A model generated the notes under the pieces. That model was not told the DNA's origin. It saw only the letters and a program-made list of their open reading frames with translations, and did no database searches. Shown piece after piece: positions 55,320 to 64,000 of a stretch of 64,000 nt of DNA; position 1 is the stretch's first letter, and every line of letters starts with the position of its first letter. Origin of the DNA: Candidatus Humimonas hydrogenitrophica (GTDB lineage: Bacteria > Gemmatimonadota > Gemmatimonadetes > Palauibacterales > Palauibacteraceae). Location: positions 89,737-153,736 of the forward strand of contig CANPVD010000053.1 of the NCBI GenBank assembly GCA_947581615.1. The letters run 5' to 3'. The position numbers and the translations under genes were made by a program.

Positions 55320-56785
55320 TGCCCGACTGGGTCATCATCCTGGGCGTGACGTTGGGCTACCTCCTGGCCTCGCTGCTCGTCGGACTGGCCTCGGGAGGCG
55401 AGGCGTCGAAGACCACCGAGGGTTACGTGGCCGGCGACCGGTCGCTGGGCTTCGTGATCCTCTACTTCATCATGGGCGCCTCCATCTTCAGCGCCTTCGC
55501 CTTCCTGGGGGGTCCGGGCTGGGCGTACTCGCGGGGCGCCGCGGCCTTCTACATCCTGGCCTACGGTACGGTCGGCCTCGTGCCCTGGTACTTCTTCGGG
55601 CCGCGCATCGCCCGGCTCGGACGCCGGCGGGGCTACGTGACCCAGGCCGAGCTGTTCGCCGACCGCTTCCAGAGCGCCGGGCTGTCGGGCCTGCTGGCCG
55701 TGGTGTCGCTGGTGGGCTTCATCCCCTACCTCATGCTGCAGATGACGGGGGCGGGCTACGTGTTCAGCGTGGTGACGGGCGGGAGGATGCCGGTGTGGGC
55801 GGGGGCGCTGCTCGCCTACGGCGTGGTCCTGATCTACGTGTTCCGGAGCGGCGTCATGGGGGTGGGCTGGACGAACACCTTCCAGGGCATCTTCATGATG
55901 GCGCTGGCCTGGGGCCTGGGCCTCTACCTGCCCCACCGACTGTACGGGGGCGTGGGCCCCATGTTCGACGCGATCGCGAAGGCGGCGCCGAAGATGCTCC
56001 AGGCCCCGGGCCTGGGAGCCGACGGCCATCCGTGGAGCTGGGGCGCCTACTCGAGCGCGGTGGCCATCTCGGTGCTCGGCTTCGGCGTGTGGCCCCACAC
56101 CTTCATGAAGATCTACACGGCGCGCAGCGAGCGGACGCTCAAGCGGACGATCGTGTGGTATCCGACCTTCCAGATGTTCCTGGTGCCGATCCTGTTCATC
56201 GGCTTCTCGGGGGTCCTGGCCTTCCCGGGGGTCCATCCCGCGGACAAGATCCTCCCGACGGTGGTCACCTCGATCGGGCTCCCCCCGGTGGTGGTCGGCC
56301 TGTTCTGCGCCGGGGCCCTGGCGGCCTCGATGTCGACCGGGGACGCGCTCCTGCACGCCGCGGCCTCGGTGACGATCAAGGACCTGTGGCGCCCCCTGTT
56401 CCGGCCCGACCTGGCCGGCGACCGGGAGCGCAGGCTCATCCAGGGGCTCGTCATCCTCATCGGGGCCCTGGCCTACACGCTGGCCATCTTCGCCCACATG
56501 TCCCTGGTCGCGCTGCTCCTCCTGTCGTACGGCTTCATCGCGCAGTTCTTCCCGCTCCTGTGCGCGACCTTCCTGTGGCCCCGGGCCACGCGCGCCGGCG
56601 CCGTGGCGGGGTTGCTGGCGGGCTTCGTCGTCACGGTGATCTGGAACTTCGTGCCGGTCCTGCAGTGGCAGGGGATCCGCGCCGGCATCTGGGGGGTGGC
56701 CGCCAACGTGATCGTCATGGTGGTCGTGTCCCTGGCCACACCACCCATGGACGAGACGCACGTAGCGGCCTTCGTGGTGAGCTAG
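55319..56785 (+). CDS. Sodium:solute symporter (SSS family)
   Basis: The protein has about 13 transmembrane helices and an SSS-like pattern. Confidence 0.85.
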   Translation: MPDWVIILGVTLGYLLASLLVGLASGGEASKTTEGYVAGDRSLGFVILYFIMGASIFSAFAFLGGPGWAYSRGAAAFYILAYGTVGLVPWYFFGPRIARLGRRRGYVTQAELFADRFQSAGLSGLLAVVSLVGFIPYLMLQMTGAGYVFSVVTGGRMPVWAGALLAYGVVLIYVFRSGVMGVGWTNTFQGIFMMALAWGLGLYLPHRLYGGVGPMFDAIAKAAPKMLQAPGLGADGHPWSWGAYSSAVAISVLGFGVWPHTFMKIYTARSERTLKRTIVWYPTFQMFLVPILFIGFSGVLAFPGVHPADKILPTVVTSIGLPPVVVGLFCAGALAASMSTGDALLHAAASVTIKDLWRPLFRPDLAGDRERRLIQGLVILIGALAYTLAIFAHMSLVALLLLSYGFIAQFFPLLCATFLWPRATRAGAVAGLLAGFVVTVIWNFVPVLQWQGIRAGIWGVAANVIVMVVVSLATPPMDETHVAAFVVS

Positions 56786-56803
56786 GGCCCGGTCCCCCCG
56801 CGG

Positions 56804-57997
56804 TCAGGCCTCCCCGCCGGCCGCCTTCCAGGCCATCGGCCACGCCCGGGCCAGCGCCTCGTCGATGTCGAGGGCCCGATCCAGCGCCGACAGCTGGATC
56901 GACTCCCGAACCGTGTGGGCGAGCGCCTCGTCGCCGGGCCCGATGCCGATCACGGTGGAGCCGTGCGCCACGAAGTGCCCGCCGTCGGTGGCGAACTTCC
57001 ACAGGCCCACGGGCGGCCGCGACCCGATCGCCCGCTCGAGGAGCTCCACGGCCGTGGTCACGGCGGGATCGGTGGCGGCGCGCACCCAGGACGGATTGAC
57101 GGCCGGCACCTCGCGCACCAGGCCCGTCCACGTCGTGTGCTCGACCGCCGGCACGAGGATCTCGGCCGAGGCGCCCGGGACCGCCGCGGCCGCCTCCTCG
57201 AGGGCCGGGGCGAGGAGGGAGCGCAGGATCTCGGGCGTCGTGTCGGGTCCCGTGCGCACATCCAGCGTGAGCCACACCTCCCCGGGAACCACGTTGCGGC
57301 TCACCTGGTCGGTCCGGACCAGCGTCGGCGCCACGGACGTGGGCCCGAGCTCGGGGTCCTCCGGGAGGGAGACCGAGGGGAGCCGCTCCAGGAAGCCGGC
57401 CACCACGTACAGCGGGTTCACGCCGCGCTCGGGGACGCTGGCATGGACGCTCCGCCCGGTGGCGTGGAGCCGGAGCTCGGTCCGCCCCCGGTGCCCGCGC
57501 CGCAGCTCGTTGGAGCTGGGCTCGCCGATCACCACCAGGTCGGTGGCGAGGCGCTCGGCCAGGTGGCGGGCTCCAAGCCCCCCGATCTCCTCCTGGACGA
57601 CCGCGCTCACGTACACGTCGGACGGCGGGCGCGCTCCCTCGGCCAGAAGGCGGGCGACGCCGTGCACCTGGGCCGCGAGCGGGCCCTTGATGTCCACGGC
57701 CCCTCGGCCCCACACGCGGCCATCGGCGATCTCCCCGCCGAAGGGCGGATGGGGCCAGCGCTCCGGGTCCCCGACGCCGACGTGGTCCAGGTGGGTGTTG
57801 AACATGAGCGACGGCCGTCGCGCCTCTCCGCGCACCAGGCCGACCACGTTGCCGACCTCGTCCACCGACACCTCGTCGTAGCCGAGCGCCTCCATCTCGT
57901 CCCGCACCACGGCCGCCGTCCCCTCCTCCTCGCCCGGCAGCCCGGGCGTCCGGATGAGCCGCTGCAGGAAGTCGACGGTCCGATCCCGATCGGGCAT
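56804..57997 (-). CDS. M20-family metallopeptidase/deacylase (ArgE/DapE-like)
   Basis: The motifs NTHLDHVGVGD, GRGAVDIKG and EEIGGLGA fit M20 metal ligands. Confidence 0.85.
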   Translation of the reverse strand: MPDRDRTVDFLQRLIRTPGLPGEEEGTAAVVRDEMEALGYDEVSVDEVGNVVGLVRGEARRPSLMFNTHLDHVGVGDPERWPHPPFGGEIADGRVWGRGAVDIKGPLAAQVHGVARLLAEGARPPSDVYVSAVVQEEIGGLGARHLAERLATDLVVIGEPSSNELRRGHRGRTELRLHATGRSVHASVPERGVNPLYVVAGFLERLPSVSLPEDPELGPTSVAPTLVRTDQVSRNVVPGEVWLTLDVRTGPDTTPEILRSLLAPALEEAAAAVPGASAEILVPAVEHTTWTGLVREVPAVNPSWVRAATDPAVTTAVELLERAIGSRPPVGLWKFATDGGHFVAHGSTVIGIGPGDEALAHTVRESIQLSALDRALDIDEALARAWPMAWKAAGGEA

Positions 57998-58137
57998 GGT
58001 CCTCCTCGTGTCCGTGTGTCGGCGCCGTTCCCGGGGCCCAACCTACGCCCCGCCCCGTCCCGGCGCCTCGTTGCGCGCCCCTCGGTCGGGGTCCTAGCAT
58101 CCCGGACCCGCGAACCCCGGATGGAGAACCTCTTTCG

Positions 58138-60063
58138 ATGGGATCCGAGATGACCCGCCTCACCCTTCTCCTGTGCGCCCTGGGCCTCGTGTGCCCGCCG
58201 GCCGCCGCCGTGGCGCGGGCGCCGACCGCCACGCCGCCGCCCGACACGACGCCGGCGAGCGTGACGCCCTCCTCCGCCGCTCCGCCGGTGCGCTACGAGA
58301 TCCGCTTCCCGAACGCCGCCCACCACGAGGCCGACGTGAGCGTCACCTTCTCCGGCCTCGGGTCCGCGCCGCTCGAGCTGCAGATGAGCCGCTCCTCGCC
58401 CGGTCGCTACGCCCTGCACGAGTTCGCCAAGAACGCGTACGGGCTGGCCGCCGCCGGACCGGACGGCGGGGCGCTGCCCGTGGAGAAGGTCACCCCCTCC
58501 CGCTGGCGGGTGTCGCGGCACGGCGCCTCCGTCACCGTGCGCTACACGCTGTTCGGGGACCACGCGGACGGCACCTACCCGGGCATCGACCGCACCCACG
58601 CGCACCTCGACATGCCGGCCGTCTTCCTGTACGCCCGCGGGCTGGAGGACCGGCCGATCGAGGTCACCTTCCGCCTCCCGGAGGGTTCCGGCTGGAAGGT
58701 GGGCACGCAGCTCGCGCCCACCTCCGACCCGCAGCGCTTCACCGCCCCCGACCTCCAGTACTTCATGGACAGCCCCACCGAGCTGTCCGACTTCGACGAG
58801 CGCGCCTGGCGCGAGCCCTCGGGGGACACCGCCTACACGATCCGGCTGTTCGTCCACCAGCGGTGCTCGAAGGAGGACCTGGACCGCTACGAGTCCATGG
58901 TGAAGCGGATCGTCCGGGAAGCGAAGGCCGTGTTCGGGGAGCTGGCGCCGTACGACTACGGCACCTACACCTTCCTGGCCGGCTACCTGCCCTGGGTGCA
59001 CGGGGACGGCATGGAGCACCGGAACTCCACCTTCCTGACCAGCACCCGGCCCCTGGCCGACTCCGCCGACGCGGTGCGAAACCTGGGCGCCCTGGCCCAC
59101 GAGTTCTTCCACTCCTGGAACATGGAGCGCATCCGCGACCGGGCCATCGAGCCCTTCGACTTCTCCCGGGTGGACATGTCGGGGCTGCTGTGGTTCGGCG
59201 AGGGATTCACACAGTACTACGGGCAGGTCGTCATGGAGCGCGCCGGCTTCACCGCCCGGAAGGACTACCTGGCGAGCCTGGCCCGCACGCTCGACTACGT
59301 GATCGACTCGCCGGGCCGGCGCTTCCGGGGCCCGATCGGGATGAGCCGCTACTCCCCCTTCGTGGACGCGGCCCGGTGGGTGGACCGCACGAACGCGCCC
59401 AACACGTTCATCTCCTACTACAGCTACGGCGCGGTGCTGGCCCTGGGGCTCGACCTGGAGCTCCGCACCCGCTACCACCTCACGCTCGACGACTACATGC
59501 GGGCGATGTGGAAGCGCTACGGCCTCACCGGCACCCCGTACACGCTGGACGGGCTGCGGGCGACCCTGGGGCGGGTCACGGGCGACACGGCCTTCGCGCG
59601 GCGCTTCTTCGCCGAGGACATCGAGGACAGTCATCTGCCCGACTTCGCCGCGCTCCTGGGCCGGGCGGGGCTGCTGCTGCGCCCGGCGCACCCGGACCGG
59701 GCCACGCTGGGCAGCGCCCGCCTCGAACCGGGCGACGGCGGAGTCCGCGTCGGCTCGGGCACCCTGATCGGCAGCCCGCTCTACACCGCGGGGGTCGACA
59801 TGGGTGATGTGATACATGAGATCGACGGACATAGAACCATGTCTTCACAAGATATCCATGAAGTCATTGCCTCCCATTCGCCGGGAGACAGCGTCACCCT
59901 CGTGTACGCCGCGCGCGACGGGCGGCACCGGGCTCGGGTGGCCCTCACCGCGGACCCCGCCCGCGAGATCGTCCCGTTCGAGGAGGCCAGGCGGCCGGTC
60001 ACGGACACCATGCGACGGCTCCGGGAATCCTGGCTGGGGTCGGAGGTCTCCGGGGGCTCGTGA
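58138..60063 (+). CDS. M61-family glycyl aminopeptidase with a C-terminal PDZ domain
   Basis: A signal peptide is present. The M61 motif HEFFHSWN is seen. A PDZ-like C-terminal domain is present. Confidence 0.85.
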   Translation: MGSEMTRLTLLLCALGLVCPPAAAVARAPTATPPPDTTPASVTPSSAAPPVRYEIRFPNAAHHEADVSVTFSGLGSAPLELQMSRSSPGRYALHEFAKNAYGLAAAGPDGGALPVEKVTPSRWRVSRHGASVTVRYTLFGDHADGTYPGIDRTHAHLDMPAVFLYARGLEDRPIEVTFRLPEGSGWKVGTQLAPTSDPQRFTAPDLQYFMDSPTELSDFDERAWREPSGDTAYTIRLFVHQRCSKEDLDRYESMVKRIVREAKAVFGELAPYDYGTYTFLAGYLPWVHGDGMEHRNSTFLTSTRPLADSADAVRNLGALAHEFFHSWNMERIRDRAIEPFDFSRVDMSGLLWFGEGFTQYYGQVVMERAGFTARKDYLASLARTLDYVIDSPGRRFRGPIGMSRYSPFVDAARWVDRTNAPNTFISYYSYGAVLALGLDLELRTRYHLTLDDYMRAMWKRYGLTGTPYTLDGLRATLGRVTGDTAFARRFFAEDIEDSHLPDFAALLGRAGLLLRPAHPDRATLGSARLEPGDGGVRVGSGTLIGSPLYTAGVDMGDVIHEIDGHRTMSSQDIHEVIASHSPGDSVTLVYAARDGRHRARVALTADPAREIVPFEEARRPVTDTMRRLRESWLGSEVSGGS

Positions 60064-61139
60064 GCCTCGACCTCCGGCACGACGTCCCGCTGGCGCCGCT
60101 CACCACCCTGGGGCTGGGAGGCCCGGCCACGCACCTGGTCGACGCCGCGGACGCCGCCGGCCTCAGGGAGGCCCTCGACTGGAGCCGGAGCCGGGACCTG
60201 CCCGTCCTCCTGCTGGGCGGCGGGAGCAACCTGGTCCTCCCCGACGCGGGCTACCGGGGTCTGGTGCTCCGGACGCGCGTCCCCGGCCTGGCGTTCGAGG
60301 CCCGGGCGGGAAGGGTCGTGGTCCGGGCGGGGGCCGGCGTCCCGTGGGACGAGGTCGTGCGGGCCTCCGTCGAGCGCGGCCTGGCGGGCATCGAGTGCCT
60401 GTCCGGGATCCCGGGATGGTGCGGGGCGGCGCCCGTGCAGAACATCGGGGCGTACGGCCAGGAGCTGGCCGAGACCCTGGTGGCCGTGACGGCCTACGAC
60501 CGGGACGGCGGGGAGGTCGTGCGCCTTCCCTCCGCCGCGTGCGGCTTCGGCTACCGGAACAGCCGCTTCAAGTCCGCCGACCGCGACCGCTTCGTGATCC
60601 TCTCCCTCTCCCTCGCCCTCGCGCCGGACGCCCGTCCGCGACCGCGCTACCCGGAGCTGGCCGACGCCGTGGCGCGCGAGGCCGACCTCGCCGCGCTGTC
60701 GCCCGGGGAGGCCCTGCGGCTGGTGCGGGAGCGCGTCCTGGCCCTGCGGCGCGCCAAGTCCATGGTGATCGACCCGGACGACCCCGACACCCGCTCGGCA
60801 GGCTCCTTCTTCCTCAACCCGGTGCTCGGCGCCCGCGCCTTCGACGGCCTGGTCGAGAGGCTCGCGGACCACGGCATCTCGGCCCCGGTCCCATCCTATC
60901 CCGCTCCCGGCGGCGTGAAGGTCCCGGCGGCGTGGCTCGTCGAGCGCGCCGGCTTCCACAGAGGCCAGCGGCACGGTGGCGTCGGAATCTCGTCGGCCCA
61001 CGCCCTGGCCCTCGTCAACCGGCACGGCACCACCGCGGAGCTGCTCGAGCTCGCGGTGTCCATCCAGGACGCGGTGGAGCGCATCTCGGGCCTGAGGCTG
61101 GAGATCGAGCCCACCATCGTGGAGAGTCCACCCGCCTGA
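60060..61139 (+). CDS. murB: UDP-N-acetylenolpyruvoylglucosamine reductase
   Basis: An FAD-binding MurB N-terminus (LGGGSNLV) and a MurB C-terminal domain are present. The GTG start overlaps the previous stop as GTGA. Confidence 0.85.
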   Translation: MSLDLRHDVPLAPLTTLGLGGPATHLVDAADAAGLREALDWSRSRDLPVLLLGGGSNLVLPDAGYRGLVLRTRVPGLAFEARAGRVVVRAGAGVPWDEVVRASVERGLAGIECLSGIPGWCGAAPVQNIGAYGQELAETLVAVTAYDRDGGEVVRLPSAACGFGYRNSRFKSADRDRFVILSLSLALAPDARPRPRYPELADAVAREADLAALSPGEALRLVRERVLALRRAKSMVIDPDDPDTRSAGSFFLNPVLGARAFDGLVERLADHGISAPVPSYPAPGGVKVPAAWLVERAGFHRGQRHGGVGISSAHALALVNRHGTTAELLELAVSIQDAVERISGLRLEIEPTIVESPPA

Positions 61140-61275
61140 TCGGACCGACCGCGACGCCGGGCTGTACAGACGGTGCCGGCCCCTGTTCACTTGTGGCCGG
61201 GTCGGACCCGCCGGTACGGCCGCACAGGCCGTCGCGCGGCGGGCAGGCGTTTCACCAGGAAGCGGCTCACCAGGC

Positions 61276-63429
61276 ATGAACGACCACAACCTCGAACGTC
61301 CCCGACTCCCGGAGCCGATCTCCGGCCTCTGGGAGATCGCCATGAACCTCTCCTGGCGCTGGAATCCGCGCGCCCGGTACCTGTTCCGGAGGCTGGATCG
61401 GCCGCTGTGGCACCGGACCCGGCACAATCCGGTCGCCATCCTGCAACGGGTCGACCCCGGGCGCCTCGCGCGCCTGGCCGAGGACGCCGACTTCCGCCGT
61501 CTACACGACGAAGTGCTGGCCACCTGCCGCCGCGAGGAGTCCCGCGAGGGCACCTGGATGGCGGCCGAGCATCCCGAGTTCGGGGACCGCCCGGTGGCCT
61601 ACTTCTGCGCCGAGTTCGGGCTCCACAACTCCGTCCCCATCTACTCGGGCGGCCTCGGCGTCCTGGCGGGAGACCACTGCAAGGCGGCCTCGGACCTGGG
61701 CGTGCCCCTGGTGGGCGTGGGGCTCCTGTACGTGAAGGGGTACTTCGACCAGACGATCCGGCTGGACGGATGGCAGGAGGACATGGAAGCGGCCTTCGAC
61801 CCGGCCTCGACGCCCCTCGTGCCGGTCCCCGGACCGGACGGAGGCCGGGTGGTCGCCCGGCTCGAGGTCAACGGCCACGACCTGGCCATCGGAGCCTGGA
61901 AGCTCCGCGTGGGCCGCGTGCCCATCTACCTCCTGGACACGGAGCTGGAGGAGAACCGGCCGGAGGACCGTCAGCTGGCCAGCCGGCTGTACCCGGGCGG
62001 CCGCCTGGAGCGCCTCCAGCAGGAGTGGATCCTGGGCGCCGGCGGGGTCCGGGTGCTGCGTGCCGTGGGCGTGGACCCCGCGGCGTGGCACGCGAACGAG
62101 GGCCACGCCGCGTTCATGCTCCTGGAGCGCGTTCGCGAGCGCATGGAGCGTGGCTCCACGTGGGAGGAGGCGGTCGAGCGTGTCCGCGCCACGAGCGTGT
62201 TCACCACCCACACGCCCGTGCCTGCGGGCCACGACATCTTCCCGCTCGAGCAGGTCGAGGCCTGCGCCACGAGGCTCCTGGACACGCCGGGCATGAGCCC
62301 CGCGCGACTGGCCGAGCTCGGGCGGGGCCTCGAGGGGCCCGGCGGCTTCCACATGACGGCGCTCGCCATCCGCCTGTCGGGCGGCCTCAACGGCGTGTCG
62401 GAAACGCACGGGCGGGTGACGCGGAGGATGTGGCACCCCCTGTGGCCCGGCCGCTCCGTGGAGGACGTCCCCGTCGGACACATCACCAACGGTGTACACC
62501 TGTCGACCTGGATGTCCCATTCCCTCATGGAGTTCCTGGACGGCCACCTCGGGGCCGGCTGGGTGCATCGGCTCGCCGACCCGGCCCTGTGGGATGCGGT
62601 CCGCGGGCTGGACGACGAGGGCCTGTGGCGCGTGCACAAACGGCGCAAGGAGACCCTGCTCGCCTTCGTGCGCGAGCAGGCCCGCCACCGGTGGGCCGAG
62701 CACTGGGGGGACAGCGGGCACCTCGTCGGCGCGGGTACCCTCCTGTCTCCCGACGCGCTCACGATCGGCTTCGCGCGCCGCTTCGCCGAATACAAGCGCG
62801 CCGACCTCCTCTTCCGGGACGCCGACCGGCTGCGCCGGCTGGTCACCGACCCGCGCCGACCCGTCCAGGTGGTGTTCGCCGGAAAGGCGCACCCGGCGGA
62901 CGACCAGGGAAAGCGCATCCTGCAGCGCGTGTACGAGGCGGCCCGGGACCCGGGGTTCGAAGGCCGCATCGCCTTCCTGGAGGACTACGAGCTGCACATG
63001 GCCCACCGCCTCGTCCAGGGCGTCGACCTGTGGCTCAACCTCCCGCGCCCGCCCCTGGAGGCGTGCGGGACGAGCGGCATGAAGGCTGCGCTGAACGCGG
63101 TGCCACAGCTCGGCACATGCGACGGTTGGTGGGCCGAGGGCTACGAAGGCTCGAACGGCTGGCAGATTCCCCTCGCCCCGGACGAGGAGGACGTCGACGC
63201 GTGGGACGCACGGCACCTGTACGAGCTCCTGGAGGAGCGGGTCGTTCCGCTGTACTACGAGGGCGAGCACCACGCCGCTCCACGCGGCTGGGTCGCGGTC
63301 ATGAAGGAGGCCCTCCGCGTCGGCGGAAGCCGTTTCACCGCGCGCCGGATGGTCCGCGAGTACGTGTCGGACTACTACATCCCCGCCCGGAGAGGCACGC
63401 CCGACGGTCTGCCGGTCGAGGCCGGTTGA
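61276..63429 (+). CDS. glgP: Alpha-glucan (glycogen) phosphorylase, GT35 family
   Basis: The GlgP/alpha-glucan phosphorylase family pattern is present, with the PLP-Lys region near EACGTSGMKAALNA. Confidence 0.9.
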   Translation: MNDHNLERPRLPEPISGLWEIAMNLSWRWNPRARYLFRRLDRPLWHRTRHNPVAILQRVDPGRLARLAEDADFRRLHDEVLATCRREESREGTWMAAEHPEFGDRPVAYFCAEFGLHNSVPIYSGGLGVLAGDHCKAASDLGVPLVGVGLLYVKGYFDQTIRLDGWQEDMEAAFDPASTPLVPVPGPDGGRVVARLEVNGHDLAIGAWKLRVGRVPIYLLDTELEENRPEDRQLASRLYPGGRLERLQQEWILGAGGVRVLRAVGVDPAAWHANEGHAAFMLLERVRERMERGSTWEEAVERVRATSVFTTHTPVPAGHDIFPLEQVEACATRLLDTPGMSPARLAELGRGLEGPGGFHMTALAIRLSGGLNGVSETHGRVTRRMWHPLWPGRSVEDVPVGHITNGVHLSTWMSHSLMEFLDGHLGAGWVHRLADPALWDAVRGLDDEGLWRVHKRRKETLLAFVREQARHRWAEHWGDSGHLVGAGTLLSPDALTIGFARRFAEYKRADLLFRDADRLRRLVTDPRRPVQVVFAGKAHPADDQGKRILQRVYEAARDPGFEGRIAFLEDYELHMAHRLVQGVDLWLNLPRPPLEACGTSGMKAALNAVPQLGTCDGWWAEGYEGSNGWQIPLAPDEEDVDAWDARHLYELLEERVVPLYYEGEHHAAPRGWVAVMKEALRVGGSRFTARRMVREYVSDYYIPARRGTPDGLPVEAG

Positions 63430-63433
63430 CCGC

Positions 63434-64000
63434 GTGAGGCCGACTCCGCGAGTCGTCCACCTGGTGGCGGAGTACTGGCCCTACGCCCAGACCGGGGGCC
63501 TGGCGGAGGCCGTGCGCGGCCTCGCCGTCCACCAGGCCCGCTCGGGCATGCGCGTCACCGTCGTCCTCCCCCTGTACCGGGGGGTCCGCGAGGGCCCGGC
63601 CACGCTGGAGCCCGTGGGCCCGGCCGCCCCGCTGACCCTCGGCGGCGAGCAGCGAACGGTTCGGGTGTGGCGCGCCACCGGCGAGGCGGTCGAACCCGGC
63701 CCCGAAATCCTCCTCCTCGAGCACGACCCGTTCTTCGACCGCGACGGGCTGTACGGGGAAGGGGGCGCGGACTATCTCGACAACGCTCTGCGCTTCGCGC
63801 TGTTCGGTCGCGCCGCGGCGGAATGCGTCGTGGCCCCGAGAGCCGCGGAGCCCGGAGGGGAGCCGGTGGTCGTCCACGTACACGACTGGCACGCCGCCCC
63901 TGCACTGCTGTACTTGCCCGCCGGCACGGGGACGGACCGCGCGGCCCGTGTGCTGACCGTCCACAACGCCGCCTTCCAGGGCCGCTTCCGCATCGACCTC
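63434..64000 (+). CDS. glgA: Glycogen synthase (GT5), truncated at the 3' end of the window
   Basis: The N-terminal signature VHLVAEYWPYAQTGGLAEAV is present. The GTG start lies 5 nt after the glgP stop. Confidence 0.85.
   Translation, partial: MRPTPRVVHLVAEYWPYAQTGGLAEAVRGLAVHQARSGMRVTVVLPLYRGVREGPATLEPVGPAAPLTLGGEQRTVRVWRATGEAVEPGPEILLLEHDPFFDRDGLYGEGGADYLDNALRFALFGRAAAECVVAPRAAEPGGEPVVVHVHDWHAAPALLYLPAGTGTDRAARVLTVHNAAFQGRFRIDL

Noticed and set aside
1-64000. CRISPR arrays, rRNA genes and insertion sequences.
   Set aside because: No regularly spaced direct repeats, rRNA-like conserved stretches or transposase-like ORFs were detected on either strand.

Overview
This is a 64 kb window of high-GC DNA (estimated by eye at about 70% GC, not computed) that reads as a densely packed bacterial chromosome. 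Its general character, with many secreted peptidases, carboxypeptidase-regulatory-like (CarboxypepD_reg) and TonB-receptor plug-like domain proteins, and amino-acid and peptide transporters, suggests a Gram-negative proteolytic soil lineage such as Gemmatimonadota or Acidobacteriota, but I cannot place it more firmly than that. There are no CRISPR arrays, rRNA genes, transposases or integrases. One tRNA-Ser(UGA) lies on the minus strand at 31531-31614.

The most striking region is positions 1-9731, a single-strand, translationally coupled cluster. It encodes the 3' end of a possible outer-membrane beta-barrel, a 16-haem doubled-CxxCH cytochrome, and a Rieske-position protein with degenerate cluster ligands. 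These are followed by a b6-type cytochrome b, a 9-haem cytochrome with a C-terminal transmembrane anchor, a NapC/NrfH-headed cytochrome of about 22 haems, an 11-haem cytochrome, and a HydC/FdnI-like dihaem cytochrome b. A B12-binding radical SAM gene follows after a 4-nt gap. Together this looks like a composite quinol-to-periplasm or extracellular electron-transfer system.

A second, smaller redox module sits at 18879-22442. It encodes a Cyc2-like fused monohaem-cytochrome/porin, a monohaem cytochrome c, a membrane-anchored cupredoxin and a dihaem cytochrome c lipoprotein, arranged divergently from feoB and a zinc-ribbon FeoA. This may be an iron-oxidation or iron-sensing module.

Other notable items are an ECF sigma factor coupled to an anti-sigma protein that is a zinc-finger (ZAS) domain fused to a complete Ogt/MGMT alkyltransferase, and a BNR beta-propeller protein coupled to a MoaD/ThiS-like Gly-Gly protein. 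There are also three tandem CarboxypepD_reg plus plug-domain paralogs, a hutU-hutI-hutF operon, and a set of peptidases (M28, S9, M20, M61, a zinc-dependent HEVGH metalloprotease). A POT transporter, a DUF3311-SSS transporter pair, murB, and glgP with a partial glgA complete the window.

All calls come from reading the translated ORFs and motifs directly. No database search was run.
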